64,000 nucleotides of DNA, from the NCBI GenBank assembly GCA_963745835.1, contig CAVUZH010000013.1:160001-224000 (forward strand), in the 5' to 3' direction. This DNA comes from an uncultured delta proteobacterium (GTDB taxonomy: Bacteria; Desulfobacterota; Binatia; UBA9968). Below, in pieces: positions 1 through 9,680 of the stretch. Each line of letters starts with the position of its first letter. Within the stretch, counting starts at the first letter, position 1. The notes under the pieces were generated by a model, which was not told the origin of the DNA, did not search any database, and was given only the letters and a program-made list of their open reading frames with translations. The position numbers and the translations under genes were made by a program.

Positions 1-13
1 GCGAAAGCCCGGG

Positions 14-86
14 CAGGATTGAACTGAACGACGCTTCAATTTGATTTCACGCAGATTGGTTTGATGGAGAATTCAGTTCAATGCTG
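14..86 (+). repeat. Hairpin repeat element, copy 1 (complete)
   Basis: CAGGATTGAACTGAA-CGACGC-TTCA...TGAT-GGAGAA-TTCAGTTCAATGCTG; the outer arms are inverted repeats; homologous to copies at 4255, 5433, 9453 and 10965. Confidence 0.85.
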
Positions 87-821
87 GCATCGCAGAACAC
101 CGCCGCACCCGCTGATTAAGAGTTCTGCCGGCGTAATCAAGTGGCCCAAGAAGATCCAAGCAGGCCCAATGATTAGAGCGCTCCGATTGCTTGATCATTG
201 AGTTTGTTTGGGTCTCTTGGGGGAGCAGTTCTCGGGCAAAACACGGACACTGTAAACTCTAAATGGTTCATCAATTTCGCGCGAAACCGACCGTCTTCCG
301 CAGAGCTCTTGAATGCCTTCAAAAGCCGATCGTCACTAGAACCTAAACACGCCGTCAAAAGACAATAGAACCAAGCCCCGAGAGCTTTCTTTATTGGAAG
401 GTCTTGGGGCTTGTTGTTTCTGCTGTACGGACAAAAGGCGGACAAGAACCGCTTTTATTAGGATTTGAAGGTTTCATGAAGCACCTCTGCAGTACAGTAA
501 GCAGGGTACAGCTCTAGAGGAGACAACTAGCTATTATGATGATTAGCCTTCGCATCATCCTTCCGCTGATAGTGAGCTACCGAGAAAATTTCGTATTAAC
601 TTCAGCTTCGCGTCGGTGCCAATGCGACAAAATCGGTGTAGCAGGAATAAGTCTGCGAAAAAGGATCGCCGTCTGATCCGAAAATAATAAAAGTCACGAG
701 CGAACCCCCCCATATAGAGACTCTTGCTTCCGATAAAGATATTCCGAGTAGTTTTATTGACGTCTCCTCCTGCATTTCCCAGGAGCCCCTGGTCCATCTT
801 GGACTTTGATTAATAAGTATA

Positions 822-1754
822 TTAACCCTCCTGCTCAATACTAAGTTCGAGCGTTACCTGCATCTGACTGCCGCCCCAGGTTCCTTCCGACAACGTTCGC
901 GCGCCATCCGCCAGTTCCACGGAAGTTTCCTGTGGAAAATAGATACGCGAATTTTCAGTCAGGTGCATCCAAGGGCATCTTGTCGTGAGTGGGTACCTGT
1001 CGAAATCCATAAAGGCGATGATCAGGCTGTTTCGATCGGCCGAGTAGTAGGGGCTGAAGCTGATTCGGGATTGCGCGGAACCAGCGCAGGGAATTGGGAT
1101 TGTTTTCCATCGGACGGAAGCCGGAACTAGCACATCGGTACGCTCGTACCATAGATTCATAGTGAATCTCTCTTCCCCTTCCCAGGAATCCTCGTATACG
1201 ACATTACTGATTTTCGCTGTCACTTTCACTTTCAGGTGTCGTAAACACGGTGGCCCCATTTCATCCAACAGCTCTCGGACAGCCGAGCCGGCGGCAATTT
1301 TCAGAAGTTTTCCTCGATTAGGGTAGCGATCGAAGCGGTCTTCACGAACTTCACGCGTTATGTCACGACCCGCCAGGTTCGCTATCACTCTAATGCTCAT
1401 TTCGCCGCTTTGGTCTAGGCGAGGGGCTTCAAAGCTAACTACGAAGCGGATATTCGCTATATGAGCGAGCTCGTCGGCTGTCTGATTGATCGCGGGTTCA
1501 TCAAGCTGGGGTTTCTTAACGCAGTTCCATCCTGGCTTCGTCAGCTGATACTCGATCTTTGTGAACAACTCTTCGACGATCGGCTGACGCTCTGCGGCAG
1601 TTAGACGAAGAGCCTCTGAGTCTATTCGGATGGCGGATAACAACTGCTCTGCCGTAACAGGCCGCTCAAGAAAGATAAGAACTCCAAAGACAAGAACAAT
1701 CCGCGCGACGAATAATCTTGGCGGGCAAGAGTCGAATAAGGTTTTAATGTCCAT
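822..1754 (-). CDS. Hypothetical exported protein
   Basis: 310-aa ORF with GGGAG RBS and an N-terminal hydrophobic signal-like segment; no family recognised. Confidence 0.7.
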   Translation of the reverse strand: MDIKTLFDSCPPRLFVARIVLVFGVLIFLERPVTAEQLLSAIRIDSEALRLTAAERQPIVEELFTKIEYQLTKPGWNCVKKPQLDEPAINQTADELAHIANIRFVVSFEAPRLDQSGEMSIRVIANLAGRDITREVREDRFDRYPNRGKLLKIAAGSAVRELLDEMGPPCLRHLKVKVTAKISNVVYEDSWEGEERFTMNLWYERTDVLVPASVRWKTIPIPCAGSAQSRISFSPYYSADRNSLIIAFMDFDRYPLTTRCPWMHLTENSRIYFPQETSVELADGARTLSEGTWGGSQMQVTLELSIEQEG

Positions 1755-1820
1755 TGTTTAACTCCCATAAAAGATTGCTTTGCCGCTGACATTTAGAGCA
1801 TCGTTTTTTCTTCTGCGTTA

Positions 1821-1854
1821 GCTGGGTGGAACAAGAAAAATTGTTCCACCCAGC
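1821..1854. other. Intergenic stem-loop (14-bp perfect stem)
   Basis: GCTGGGTGGAACAA-gaaaaa-TTGTTCCACCCAGC just downstream of the 1870..2622 gene; no U-tract on the minus strand, so it may be a stability hairpin rather than a terminator. Confidence 0.6.
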
Positions 1855-1869
1855 GCTCGGGTTATGGCA

Positions 1870-2622
1870 TTACTGTTCGACACGTTTGGGATCCGAACTC
1901 GTCGTCATTTCAAGAGCCAGCTTGAGCTGAGCTGACGTCCCTTTTGCATTGCGGTAATGGATTATCAGAGCTCGAGGTTGCGGAGTAATAGGGAAAAACA
2001 GAGCGCCGTCAAGAGCAGCATTGCCACCTAACCTGAGCGGTGTCGTCAAGCGTCGCCTCTTGAACTCTGCTTCGATTGCTTGGCGATCTTTTACTTCTCC
2101 GTTGTCTCCATTTTGGCCCATGATCGAGACCAATGGTCCCAGCTGGCTCAATCCTCCGAGTATCGGGATCATTCCCGCCCCAGTGCTACCTGCCATGGCT
2201 CCTGACATCGCTAGTGCGGATCCAGCGGCTGTCACTGCCGCGGCTGTCATAGGTGCCGCATAGCTTTTTGCCAGAGAATCGCTCGTTGACTCTAACTGAC
2301 TTAGCGACGCATAGTCCGATCCCAGATAGACACCTCGATGGTCAATCAGTTCAAACTTTTCGAGTGTCATGTCCGAATCCATAAGCGTTCTCAGACTCAC
2401 CTTCATCTCAATCCACTTGGCGCCCTTGACCCATGACCCTGGTCCGTCCGGCTGAACGATATAGTTTACTTTAGTCTCAAGATCCTGATTGGCTGCCTTC
2501 CAGCCCATGTCGGTCGGAGCCTCAGCCGGGGCGCTAACAAGCCGGCTGCCTGCGCACCCAACTAACATGAGTCCGGCGATAGCCAATGCTGAAGTCGTTT
2601 GCGTAGCGTGTTTGCGAAACAT
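1870..2622 (-). CDS. Putative lipoprotein of unknown function
   Basis: 250-aa ORF, AAGGAG RBS, signal peptide ending in lipobox LVG-C, Gly/Ala-rich central segment. Confidence 0.8.
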   Translation of the reverse strand: MFRKHATQTTSALAIAGLMLVGCAGSRLVSAPAEAPTDMGWKAANQDLETKVNYIVQPDGPGSWVKGAKWIEMKVSLRTLMDSDMTLEKFELIDHRGVYLGSDYASLSQLESTSDSLAKSYAAPMTAAAVTAAGSALAMSGAMAGSTGAGMIPILGGLSQLGPLVSIMGQNGDNGEVKDRQAIEAEFKRRRLTTPLRLGGNAALDGALFFPITPQPRALIIHYRNAKGTSAQLKLALEMTTSSDPKRVEQ

Positions 2623-2778
2623 TGTTGATCTCCTTTATTCTATTGTTGCTCTCACAAATTTTAGTTTGCGTCTTAACAGACACACCGCTTCCTCATCTCA
2701 TCTGTCCGCTTCACTAGCCTGTGATCACTATCAAGTTAGCTTGAATACTTTGTCGTTCATGAACTGTGCACCTGAAAG

Positions 2779-2794
2779 AGCAAACAACGTTCCA
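2779..2794 (-). promoter_or_regulatory. Putative sigma-54 promoter
   Basis: Minus strand TGGAACGTTGTTTGCT (GG-N10-GC) upstream of the lipoprotein gene. Confidence 0.55.
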
Positions 2795-2831
2795 GTGGCG
2801 CGATCAGTATTAAGTGGCGCGCTCAGTATTA
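2794..2831. repeat. 19-bp tandem direct repeat
   Basis: AGTGGCGCGATCAGTATTA followed by AGTGGCGCGCTCAGTATTA (18/19 identical). Confidence 0.85.
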
Positions 2832-3375
2832 TTGGAGGGGCTGAACCTGAGACAAGGAAAAAAAGGCAGATGAGAATGGGACCAACTGGGTTGGTGCGGC
2901 TTTTAGAGGATTGTTAAAGATCCTTTACGCATTGAAATCGGTGGGGGCTCGAGCGACGCACTCTGGTGCATGAGGAGATCGCGCTTATCAGGGAAACTCT
3001 TTATTATCGGCCAGCGTCTATGCGGCAAAGAAAAACCTCTAACGTGTGCACATCACGTTTACTCATTCTTTACTGTATCTATTGGATGCGACGCTTGTCA
3101 CCTTTGGATACAGCAATGCAACTTTGGTTGTTTAAGCACAATATACTCCCAGCGAGCGAAGCGAGGAGATTCAGTGCGTATTCGGGCTTAAGATTTTCGC
3201 AACGCCAAAGTCGAGATTTCCACTTGGCGACCGATCTCCGCCCTATCCCCTAACTTTTCCGCGAGGCGGCGAACGATCTTCGTTCAACCAGGTTATCTCA
3301 AACAACACTGAGCTCGTGAGAACCTGATCTGTTCGATTTCAGTGTCTGTGCGTCTGTTCGATAGGTATAAAACGC

Positions 3376-3391
3376 TGGCACAGCATTTGCC
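3376..3391 (+). promoter_or_regulatory. Putative sigma-54 promoter
   Basis: TGGCACAGCATTTGCC matches TGGCAC-N5-TTGC; lies upstream of the likely GTG start at 3459. Confidence 0.7.
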
Positions 3392-3458
3392 GGTACTAAT
3401 AGATTGTTGGCAGGCTCAATCATATTGGCGTGCGCATTTTCTTGGATCGGGAAAAACA

Positions 3459-3938
3459 GTGGAAAAGGACGTAGGTCGCAGCCTCATCGGATCAATCCTA
3501 ATCATGGCCTGTGCGGCGAGTATTCTTTCTAGTCCCCTAGAGCCCGCAGCTGTTACCCCCGTCCAACAAGGTAATGCGGTAATTCGCGGCGGATGCATAG
3601 ATAGAGACCAAGGCCAGCTGTTGGCGCGAACCGAACTCTACTTTGGACGGGGCAAACCGGATGGCTCGTCGGTGACCGATGATGAATTCCGCACCTTCCT
3701 CGATGACATCATCACGCCCCGATTTCCCAACGGATTGACGGTATTGTCTGGCGCCGGACAATACCGCGGCTCCAGTGGGATAATTCGGCGTGAACGATCT
3801 ATGTTTGTCATACTGCTCTACCCTGCCGGCGAAAAAAGCAGCAGCGCGCGCATCGACGAAATCCGAGACAGCTACAGAAAAACCTTCGCACAGGAATCGG
3901 TGCTGCGCGTCGATGACGAGTCTTGCGTAAATTTCTGA
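3459..3938 (+). CDS. DUF3574 family exported protein
   Basis: Motifs RTELYFG, F..FLDDIITPRFPNGLTV and Y..FAQESVLRVD; signal peptide. Start moved from 3342 to the in-frame GTG at 3459. Confidence 0.8.
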   Translation: MEKDVGRSLIGSILIMACAASILSSPLEPAAVTPVQQGNAVIRGGCIDRDQGQLLARTELYFGRGKPDGSSVTDDEFRTFLDDIITPRFPNGLTVLSGAGQYRGSSGIIRRERSMFVILLYPAGEKSSSARIDEIRDSYRKTFAQESVLRVDDESCVNF

Positions 3939-4254
3939 GCCGCCGTATAGCCCCGTTTCCTATATTCCAACATTAGCGGCCATCCCTCCAACACGACGGA
4001 AACCCGTGTGTCAGAGTGCCAACTCGACTACTGACGGAAGAAGGGATCAGGAGAAAGCGTAAGGTTGAAAACGGTCAAGCTTCGAGTACGGTGGTGGTTG
4101 AGCACACGATGAATCGAGTTTGTGTATCCAAACAGCAGCCGGGGAAGAGAACGATTGATTGGCCATCAAGTGGTCCGCTCTAAGGTGATTCGGGGCGAGC
4201 GATTTTGCACAGCTGTCCGGGAAATGCGCGAGCCGTGATTGCAAATTTCCATTC

Positions 4255-4290
4255 CAGGATTGAACTGAACGACGCTTCAGTGCGATCTCA
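4255..4290 (+). repeat. Hairpin repeat element, copy 2 (left half, interrupted)
   Basis: CAGGATTGAACTGAACGACGCTTCA is identical to the first 25 nt of copy 1; similarity ends at 4290. Confidence 0.85.
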
Positions 4291-5275
4291 ATTCCAAACA
4301 GCTTCGTTTCAGATCAGCCCCGAGATTCCTTTACCGCGATAGATCACCAGATGATCCTGCAGCTGTACCAATGGCAGGCCGCGGCTCCACAGCTCCCCAT
4401 ACACCCACTCGATCACTTCGCGCTGCTGCGCCTCGCTGAACTGGTGAACGTTCGGATGCAGTAAGATCATCCACACCACCGCCATAAAGATCTCGAAGTC
4501 TTCGACGAAGAAGTCGACCCGGCTCGACCTGCTCAATACCTGCGCGTCGGCAAAGCGCGGGTCGGCGCTCAGTTCCTCGGCGCACGCCTTGAGATCCTGA
4601 TCGTTGTGGCAGCCGAAGAACCGGTCAGCGAAATGGTTATACAGCCATGTCGTGCTCGCTGGGTCGTCGCTGCGACTTGCCATCAGCACGGCGTGGATCG
4701 CCCCGGACGGCCCTGGAGCTGGCTCGGTCGCCAGCAGGTGCTCGTAGAGATTTGCAAGCAGATCGCCCCAGGAGGTTCTGGGGCTGTAGTAGAGCGAGTG
4801 ATGGAGCGTGATCAGCGTCATGCGCCGGCCATCGAGATGCTCCCCACGGAAGCACAGCACCGACTCCGCATCGCGCAGTGCCTCGTGGTAGTTGCCGTGG
4901 ATGACCCGGACCTGGTGGGTGTTCTGTCGCTGGACGCGCTCCTCGACCACGGCCAGTGCGGCGTCTTCGATGTCGAGCAGGTAGAGCCCGCCGCGGAAGG
5001 CCGATTCCAAGATGCGGAACTGCGGCTCGTTACTGGAGCCGATCGACAGCGCTCTCAGCGGCTCATCTAGCGGCAGCGCCTTGTTAAGCGTGCGGAGTAC
5101 GCGAGCCAGGGCGCCAGCGATATCCACTTTATCGTTGCTGTAGCGCGACCAGATCTTGTCCTGCTGGTACATGTGGCTGCCCGCAGCGCGCAGACCGAGC
5201 CGAGTTCGTTCCTCGACCGACAGAACGGGCATCGCTCGAAGCATGGGATTCCTCCTCTCAGAAGCTGTTTGAAAT
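4291..5275. mobile_element. Inverted-repeat-bounded module carrying a methyltransferase
   Basis: ATTCCAAACAGCTTC (4291-4305) and GAAGCTGTTTGAAAT (5261-5275) are 14/15 inverted repeats closely bracketing the gene and its RBS; no transposase present. Confidence 0.5.
4309..5244 (-). CDS. Class I SAM-dependent methyltransferase-like protein
   Basis: 311-aa ORF, GAGGAGG RBS, motif-I-like ALSIGS, acidic LLDIE, HHSLYY; visibly more GC-rich than its flanks. Confidence 0.75.
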   Translation of the reverse strand: MLRAMPVLSVEERTRLGLRAAGSHMYQQDKIWSRYSNDKVDIAGALARVLRTLNKALPLDEPLRALSIGSSNEPQFRILESAFRGGLYLLDIEDAALAVVEERVQRQNTHQVRVIHGNYHEALRDAESVLCFRGEHLDGRRMTLITLHHSLYYSPRTSWGDLLANLYEHLLATEPAPGPSGAIHAVLMASRSDDPASTTWLYNHFADRFFGCHNDQDLKACAEELSADPRFADAQVLSRSSRVDFFVEDFEIFMAVVWMILLHPNVHQFSEAQQREVIEWVYGELWSRGLPLVQLQDHLVIYRGKGISGLI

Positions 5276-5432
5276 CCGGGCGTAAGATTAATTCGTTGGA
5301 GAAGGCTGAGAAGCGCGAAGCGGCTTTGTCTAGCCGTTGGTTAAGCATTGTCAACTAGTCTGGTCGGCAGTATATCCCACATCGGCGGTGGCGTATATTC
5401 AATATACCGTCACGAAACGCCCTTCTCCTCCG

Positions 5433-5507
5433 CAGGATTGAATTGATTCGACGCTTCAATGTGATGTGACGCGAAATCGCGCTGAAGGAGAATTCAGTTC
5501 GATCTCG
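5433..5507 (+). repeat. Hairpin repeat element, copy 3 (complete)
   Basis: CAGGATTGAATTGATTCGACGCTTCA...TGAAGGAGAATTCAGTTCGATCTCG. Confidence 0.85.
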
Positions 5508-5698
5508 GCGGGTAACGCATCACTCGGCCTTTATCAGCAGATCAGTCTAAAGGGTGAAGTTAAGACGACCTTCTGCGTAATATTTGATTCCTTCGAGGCA
5601 TACATTTCGATTACACTTACACCCATCACAGATCTCGCCTAACCGCCCAGCGGCTCTCCGGAAGCTTGGGCGGTCCACGCTTTATTTGCTGAATTAGA

Positions 5699-6322
5699 AT
5701 GGCGATAAAAACTCAAAGGCAGCGTAATAAAGCCAGACAAGAGCGTCGAGCGTTAGAAAAGCGCCAACGAGAGCTACGAGAGAATCGAAGATATACCATC
5801 GCCAAAATCCGAAAGCGGTTAGCTCAAATACTTTCTGGCGGAGCATTTATTTTGGGTATTTATGTTGGTGTTTTATTCCTAGTGCCAAAGTATCGCCATA
5901 TCGCCATCTGCTTCAGTAAGCTCGGACGATCCCTTTGCACTCATTTCTCATTAAGAATGAGGGCTATTCTCGCTTTAGTATTATAGTATGACTGCGCCTT
6001 ATATGATTTTAAGTTTAAGGATTCGGCATTTAAGCGTTGGGCAAGAAAGAATGTCCTTTTTTCCACAAAGCCAAAGTTAGCCACACCGAAACTAAAACCT
6101 AACGAATCGACAACAATCCTTTGCGATTTCCGTGCTTTTAGCATGCAGGCGTGTCTGTTGTTCCGATGAATGATGGGGACATGGCGATTGTTGCTTTCTT
6201 TCGTCCCCATTTCTATTTGGGCGACGAGAATACCGACAAAGGTTTACTACGACGATGAAATCGGCAAATGGAATATTGTACTGGTACCCACAGGCAGATT
6301 GAGTTTCAAACGGAGCCGTTAA
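5699..6322 (+). pseudogene. Fragmented AT-rich hypothetical membrane protein
   Basis: Basic N-terminus and a TM segment in ORF 5699..5986; coding-like sequence appears to continue in other frames to about 6322. Confidence 0.35.
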
Positions 6323-6756
6323 TCTAGCTCTGGCCCTCTCACGGGCGCGCTTGTCTCGGGCTTACAGGCACTGCGCGCCGAATGACGGCGCTGTTCCGTT
6401 GCGTTTGATTTTGTTCTGTCTTCGACTGCTTTTGATACAGTCCTATACACTACGATCAATAATTTTGACGGCATTGTCTTTGCCGGTGCAAAAGGCCATA
6501 TGGGGACTTAGTTGACGTTTATGGCTCAGCGGGCTATGCTTTTATTGATTTCCTATGACTACCGCCAAAGACACCCTTCTCCGGCGGGGCCCAAAGGAGG
6601 CGATTTGGCACGCATCAAACGATTAGTTATTCGTATCGTTGGGTCGAGGGCTTTTAATCTGAGGGTTGTCGGCGCTCTTGATGCTGGCGGTCCCGATGAC
6701 ATAGCTTCTCCGAAGCCGGTGCTTCATAGATTGGGAAGATAGTCCAAAACAAATTG

Positions 6757-6772
6757 TGGCATGAGAGTTGCT
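6757..6772 (+). promoter_or_regulatory. Sigma-54 promoter
   Basis: TGGCATGAGAGTTGCT is a near-consensus -24/-12 site, about 45 nt upstream of the HTH ORF. Confidence 0.75.
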
Positions 6773-6816
6773 TAACAGCGACGCCGTTTTGAGAAGCGAT
6801 CGTTGAACCGTGTCGT

Positions 6817-6978
6817 TTGTTAACTCTCGATGAGACGGCTGAGTTTCTGCAGGTTTTTAAGCGAACAGTACGGCGTATGGTCGATCAGAAAGAATTTCCG
6901 GCATTTAAGGTCGGCGGACATTGGCGTGTCCGTGTAAGCGAAATCTCTGATTGGATTCAAGGACTCTCTTATATATAG
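6817..6978 (+). CDS. Excisionase-family (HTH_17) DNA-binding protein, 53 aa, not in the ORF track
   Basis: Manual translation from TTG: MLTLDETAEFLQVFKRTVRRMVDQKEFPAFKVGGHWRVRVSEISDWIQGLSYI, a typical HTH_17 pattern. Confidence 0.85.
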   Translation: MLTLDETAEFLQVFKRTVRRMVDQKEFPAFKVGGHWRVRVSEISDWIQGLSYI

Positions 6979-7246
6979 ATGCGAAACGCGCTCACGCCGT
7001 TGATGCTCTAAACCACCATGGAATGATCTTGAATGGTGTGCCTAGACATTCCCCAATCCGGCTGCACATGCACGCTAGTCAAACGACGATTCGTCAATAT
7101 GCCACGAGTGTATTTTTCATTCTCGGTTGCGCTCATTGTTAAGCTCACCGTTAACGGTGGCCAAATTTGATCAAATGCCCTAATCTGTTTCGTAGCAGAT
7201 ACGGGCTGCGGCTTTTGCGATCTCAGAAGACTGCCAACTAGAGACG

Positions 7247-8030
7247 TTGTCAGTTCCTGTCCTGGAAAACAAACAGCTTCTTCCGCAAAATATCGTTGAA
7301 ATCCATAGACCCACTGAAGATGCACCGTCGATTGTACGACCGTGTGCTTTGACGAATGATGACGTGCGCCGGCTTCAGAGAGGTTTACACGAAATTGGCT
7401 TTGAGCCAGGTACAGTAGATGGCGTCGCCGGTGCAAGAACGAAAGCGGCTTACGTTCGACTGGAGAGCGGCTGTTCGAAGTTCGGTCCACGGCTTGAAGA
7501 ATTAAACCTGCACACTGCAGAAGGCCATTTAACTGCGGGAGCTGCGGCTGGGTACAAGTTCCAAGCCGTCGGGAGACACAAGAAATTCAGGGGCAACTTC
7601 GTGAGGCTGGATTTTATCCCGGTCCAGTGGACGGGGTCTTCGGCAGCAGGATGCAATTGGCGCTGCGGAAGTTCAAAGCCGGCTGCCTCATGGCCAACGA
7701 ATTTAAAGAAATCTTACACGAAACTTCGCCGGCGATGTTTCCGGAACTGCTGATATCCGGCCAGAGAAAACCTCCATTTCCTCGTCGAAAGCAGAAGCTC
7801 ACCCGACGCGCAGCGCTCACGATCAGCAATCCTCGACTGTACAAGCGGTGCGAGCTCGCGAGCGGGTTCGCATTCTTCAGTTGCGTTTACGCGACGCGGG
7901 ATTCGATCCCGGAGAGGTTGATGGGCTCATGGGGCCGAAAACGCAATCAGCATTGGCGCAGTACGAGGCGAGTCGAGGCAGCGAAAAGACGAAGGCAAAT
8001 TTAAGGCATCAGACGGTCCGCGACTATTAG
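7247..8030 (+). pseudogene. Protein with three peptidoglycan-binding (PG_binding_1) repeats, frameshifted
   Basis: Three repeats in different frames: LQRGLHEIGFEPGTVDGVAGARTKAA, IQGQLREAGFYPGPVDGVFGSRMQLAL, LQLRLRDAGFDPGEVDGLMGPKTQSAL. The 5' end is uncertain. Confidence 0.7.
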
Positions 8031-8144
8031 GCATTTGAGATTTACTAGATAGATGCGCGTTGCTTATACTCGCCGGAGGCGTTTATTTAACTACGCTGCT
8101 ATCGCCGGTCTTGAAGCCAGTTGCTTCTAAATTGAGAACAATCA

Positions 8145-9171
8145 ATGAACTGGAACCTATCTCGTTGGCAACTGGGTAACGGTTGCAACAGTTTCACCGG
8201 AGAGTCGATCCTCGCCTGCGCGCCGCCCACTTCGGGCGTCTATGGTATCTTCAACGGCGCTCGCACAATTTTCATCGGTGAGTCGGCAAATATGAGGGAG
8301 GCACTTCTATGCCACGAACAGTGTGCTCGATTTTCGCCACTTAAAACCGATGGCTTTCACTTTTGAACTTTGCGTGCCCGAATTACGCAAGCTCTGGGTG
8401 GCGGAGCTCATCACAACATTTCGTCCCTTGGCAAAATCAGAGGCAGCCTTGAGAGAACTCCGCTGGCTGTCAGATCGGCCGGCACTAAATGAACCTGACC
8501 GGGGTGGTTGGGAACTGGGAACATACACCGACCGTCCGGAATTCCCGGTGCACGAGAGTGAAGAGCGCCCGAGATTTCGTAAGCCATTACCCGTAAAACG
8601 AAACTTGGCTTTAGCGTTAGTGGAGGTGTTCGTGGTCACGACAGCGGCTTGGTTTTATTTTGGCCTGCCCGCCCAATTTGTCATTTATAAGGACATTAAT
8701 GGAGTGAATTCCGCCTTGGCCCAAACGGAGATCGCTTTGGGACCTTCTAACACACAGTTGAATGACACGGCTGGCCGATCCACGAACCAAAATGCTGGGG
8801 CGATTTCAGTAACGCCGCCCATCCCACCCTGGAATGATACGGCGCAACTTTCCGAGGTACATTCGGCCGCAACCGAAGGTGTTGTTCAATTGGAAAAAGG
8901 TCCAGGCATCGGCGCTGCGACAAGATCTGAGTTTCGGAAAGACTGGTCGGTCCAGATTTCTGCGGCACCTGCAAAAGAGATTGCCGATGGCTTAGTGCAA
9001 CAACTGAAAGCCAAAGGCTACGATGGCTATATCGTGCAAGCAACGGTAAAAGGACAAAACTACTACCGCGTGCGCGTTGGACGTTTCAACACGCGAGAAC
9101 ACGCGGAATCTATGCGTCGGTCGTTGGCGCGCCACGAAGGCTATCACGACGCATATCTCGCCTCCGATTGA
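8145..9171 (+). CDS. GIY-YIG-like domain / TM / SPOR-domain protein (frameshift near 8320)
   Basis: APPTSGVYGIF..TIFIGES in ORF 8145 continues into FTFEL..ELITTFRP in ORF 8323; one TM segment; C-terminal SPOR (WSVQISA..LKAKGY..YYRVRVGRF). Confidence 0.75.
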
Positions 9172-9452
9172 GCGACTGCAAAGCTAATTCGCGTTGTATT
9201 CGCCTCAGCGTGTCCTTTCGGTCATTCTGTCTGACCTTGACAGAACACTGCCAGCAGTGATCAAGCGCCCGTCCTAGCTACATGCTGAAACCTCATCCAC
9301 GCCTGATTTCGATAACGGAAATCGCCAATGAAAAAGCCCAGGCAAGCAGCTCGGCAGTTGAAAGCCGGCGCCCAAGGCACGTCGTCCGTGATGCGGGCAC
9401 GGACAAACCCCGCCAGGAGGAGGCAGCCTCGCTACAAGGGCTCGGCTATTCA

Positions 9453-9512
9453 GTCGAGGGTTAGTTCGATGGCCGGGAAGATTGGGTTGAAGGAGAAATC
9501 AATTCAATCCTG
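9453..9512 (+). repeat. Hairpin repeat element, copy 4 (right arm intact)
   Basis: AGATTGGGTTGAAGGAGAAATCAATTCAATCCTG matches the right half of copies 1 and 3; the left arm is degenerate. Confidence 0.75.
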
Positions 9513-9680
9513 GGGTTTCAGACCCTAAGAAATAATCCTCAAAAATCGTCTCTGCAAAGCAATTTTTCTGATTGCTTCTTCCGCTCTCGCTAGCATTTCC
9601 AGCGCGGAGCGGTCCATCGTATATTAATCGTGGAGATCGGATTTTATCATCTCAGTAGAGGTAACTTCGACTACAATTGC

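Noticed and set aside
5388-5413. Imperfect palindrome GTGGCGTATATT-C-AATATACCGTCAC as an operator
   Set aside because: Single occurrence with no regulator to link it to; not supportable.
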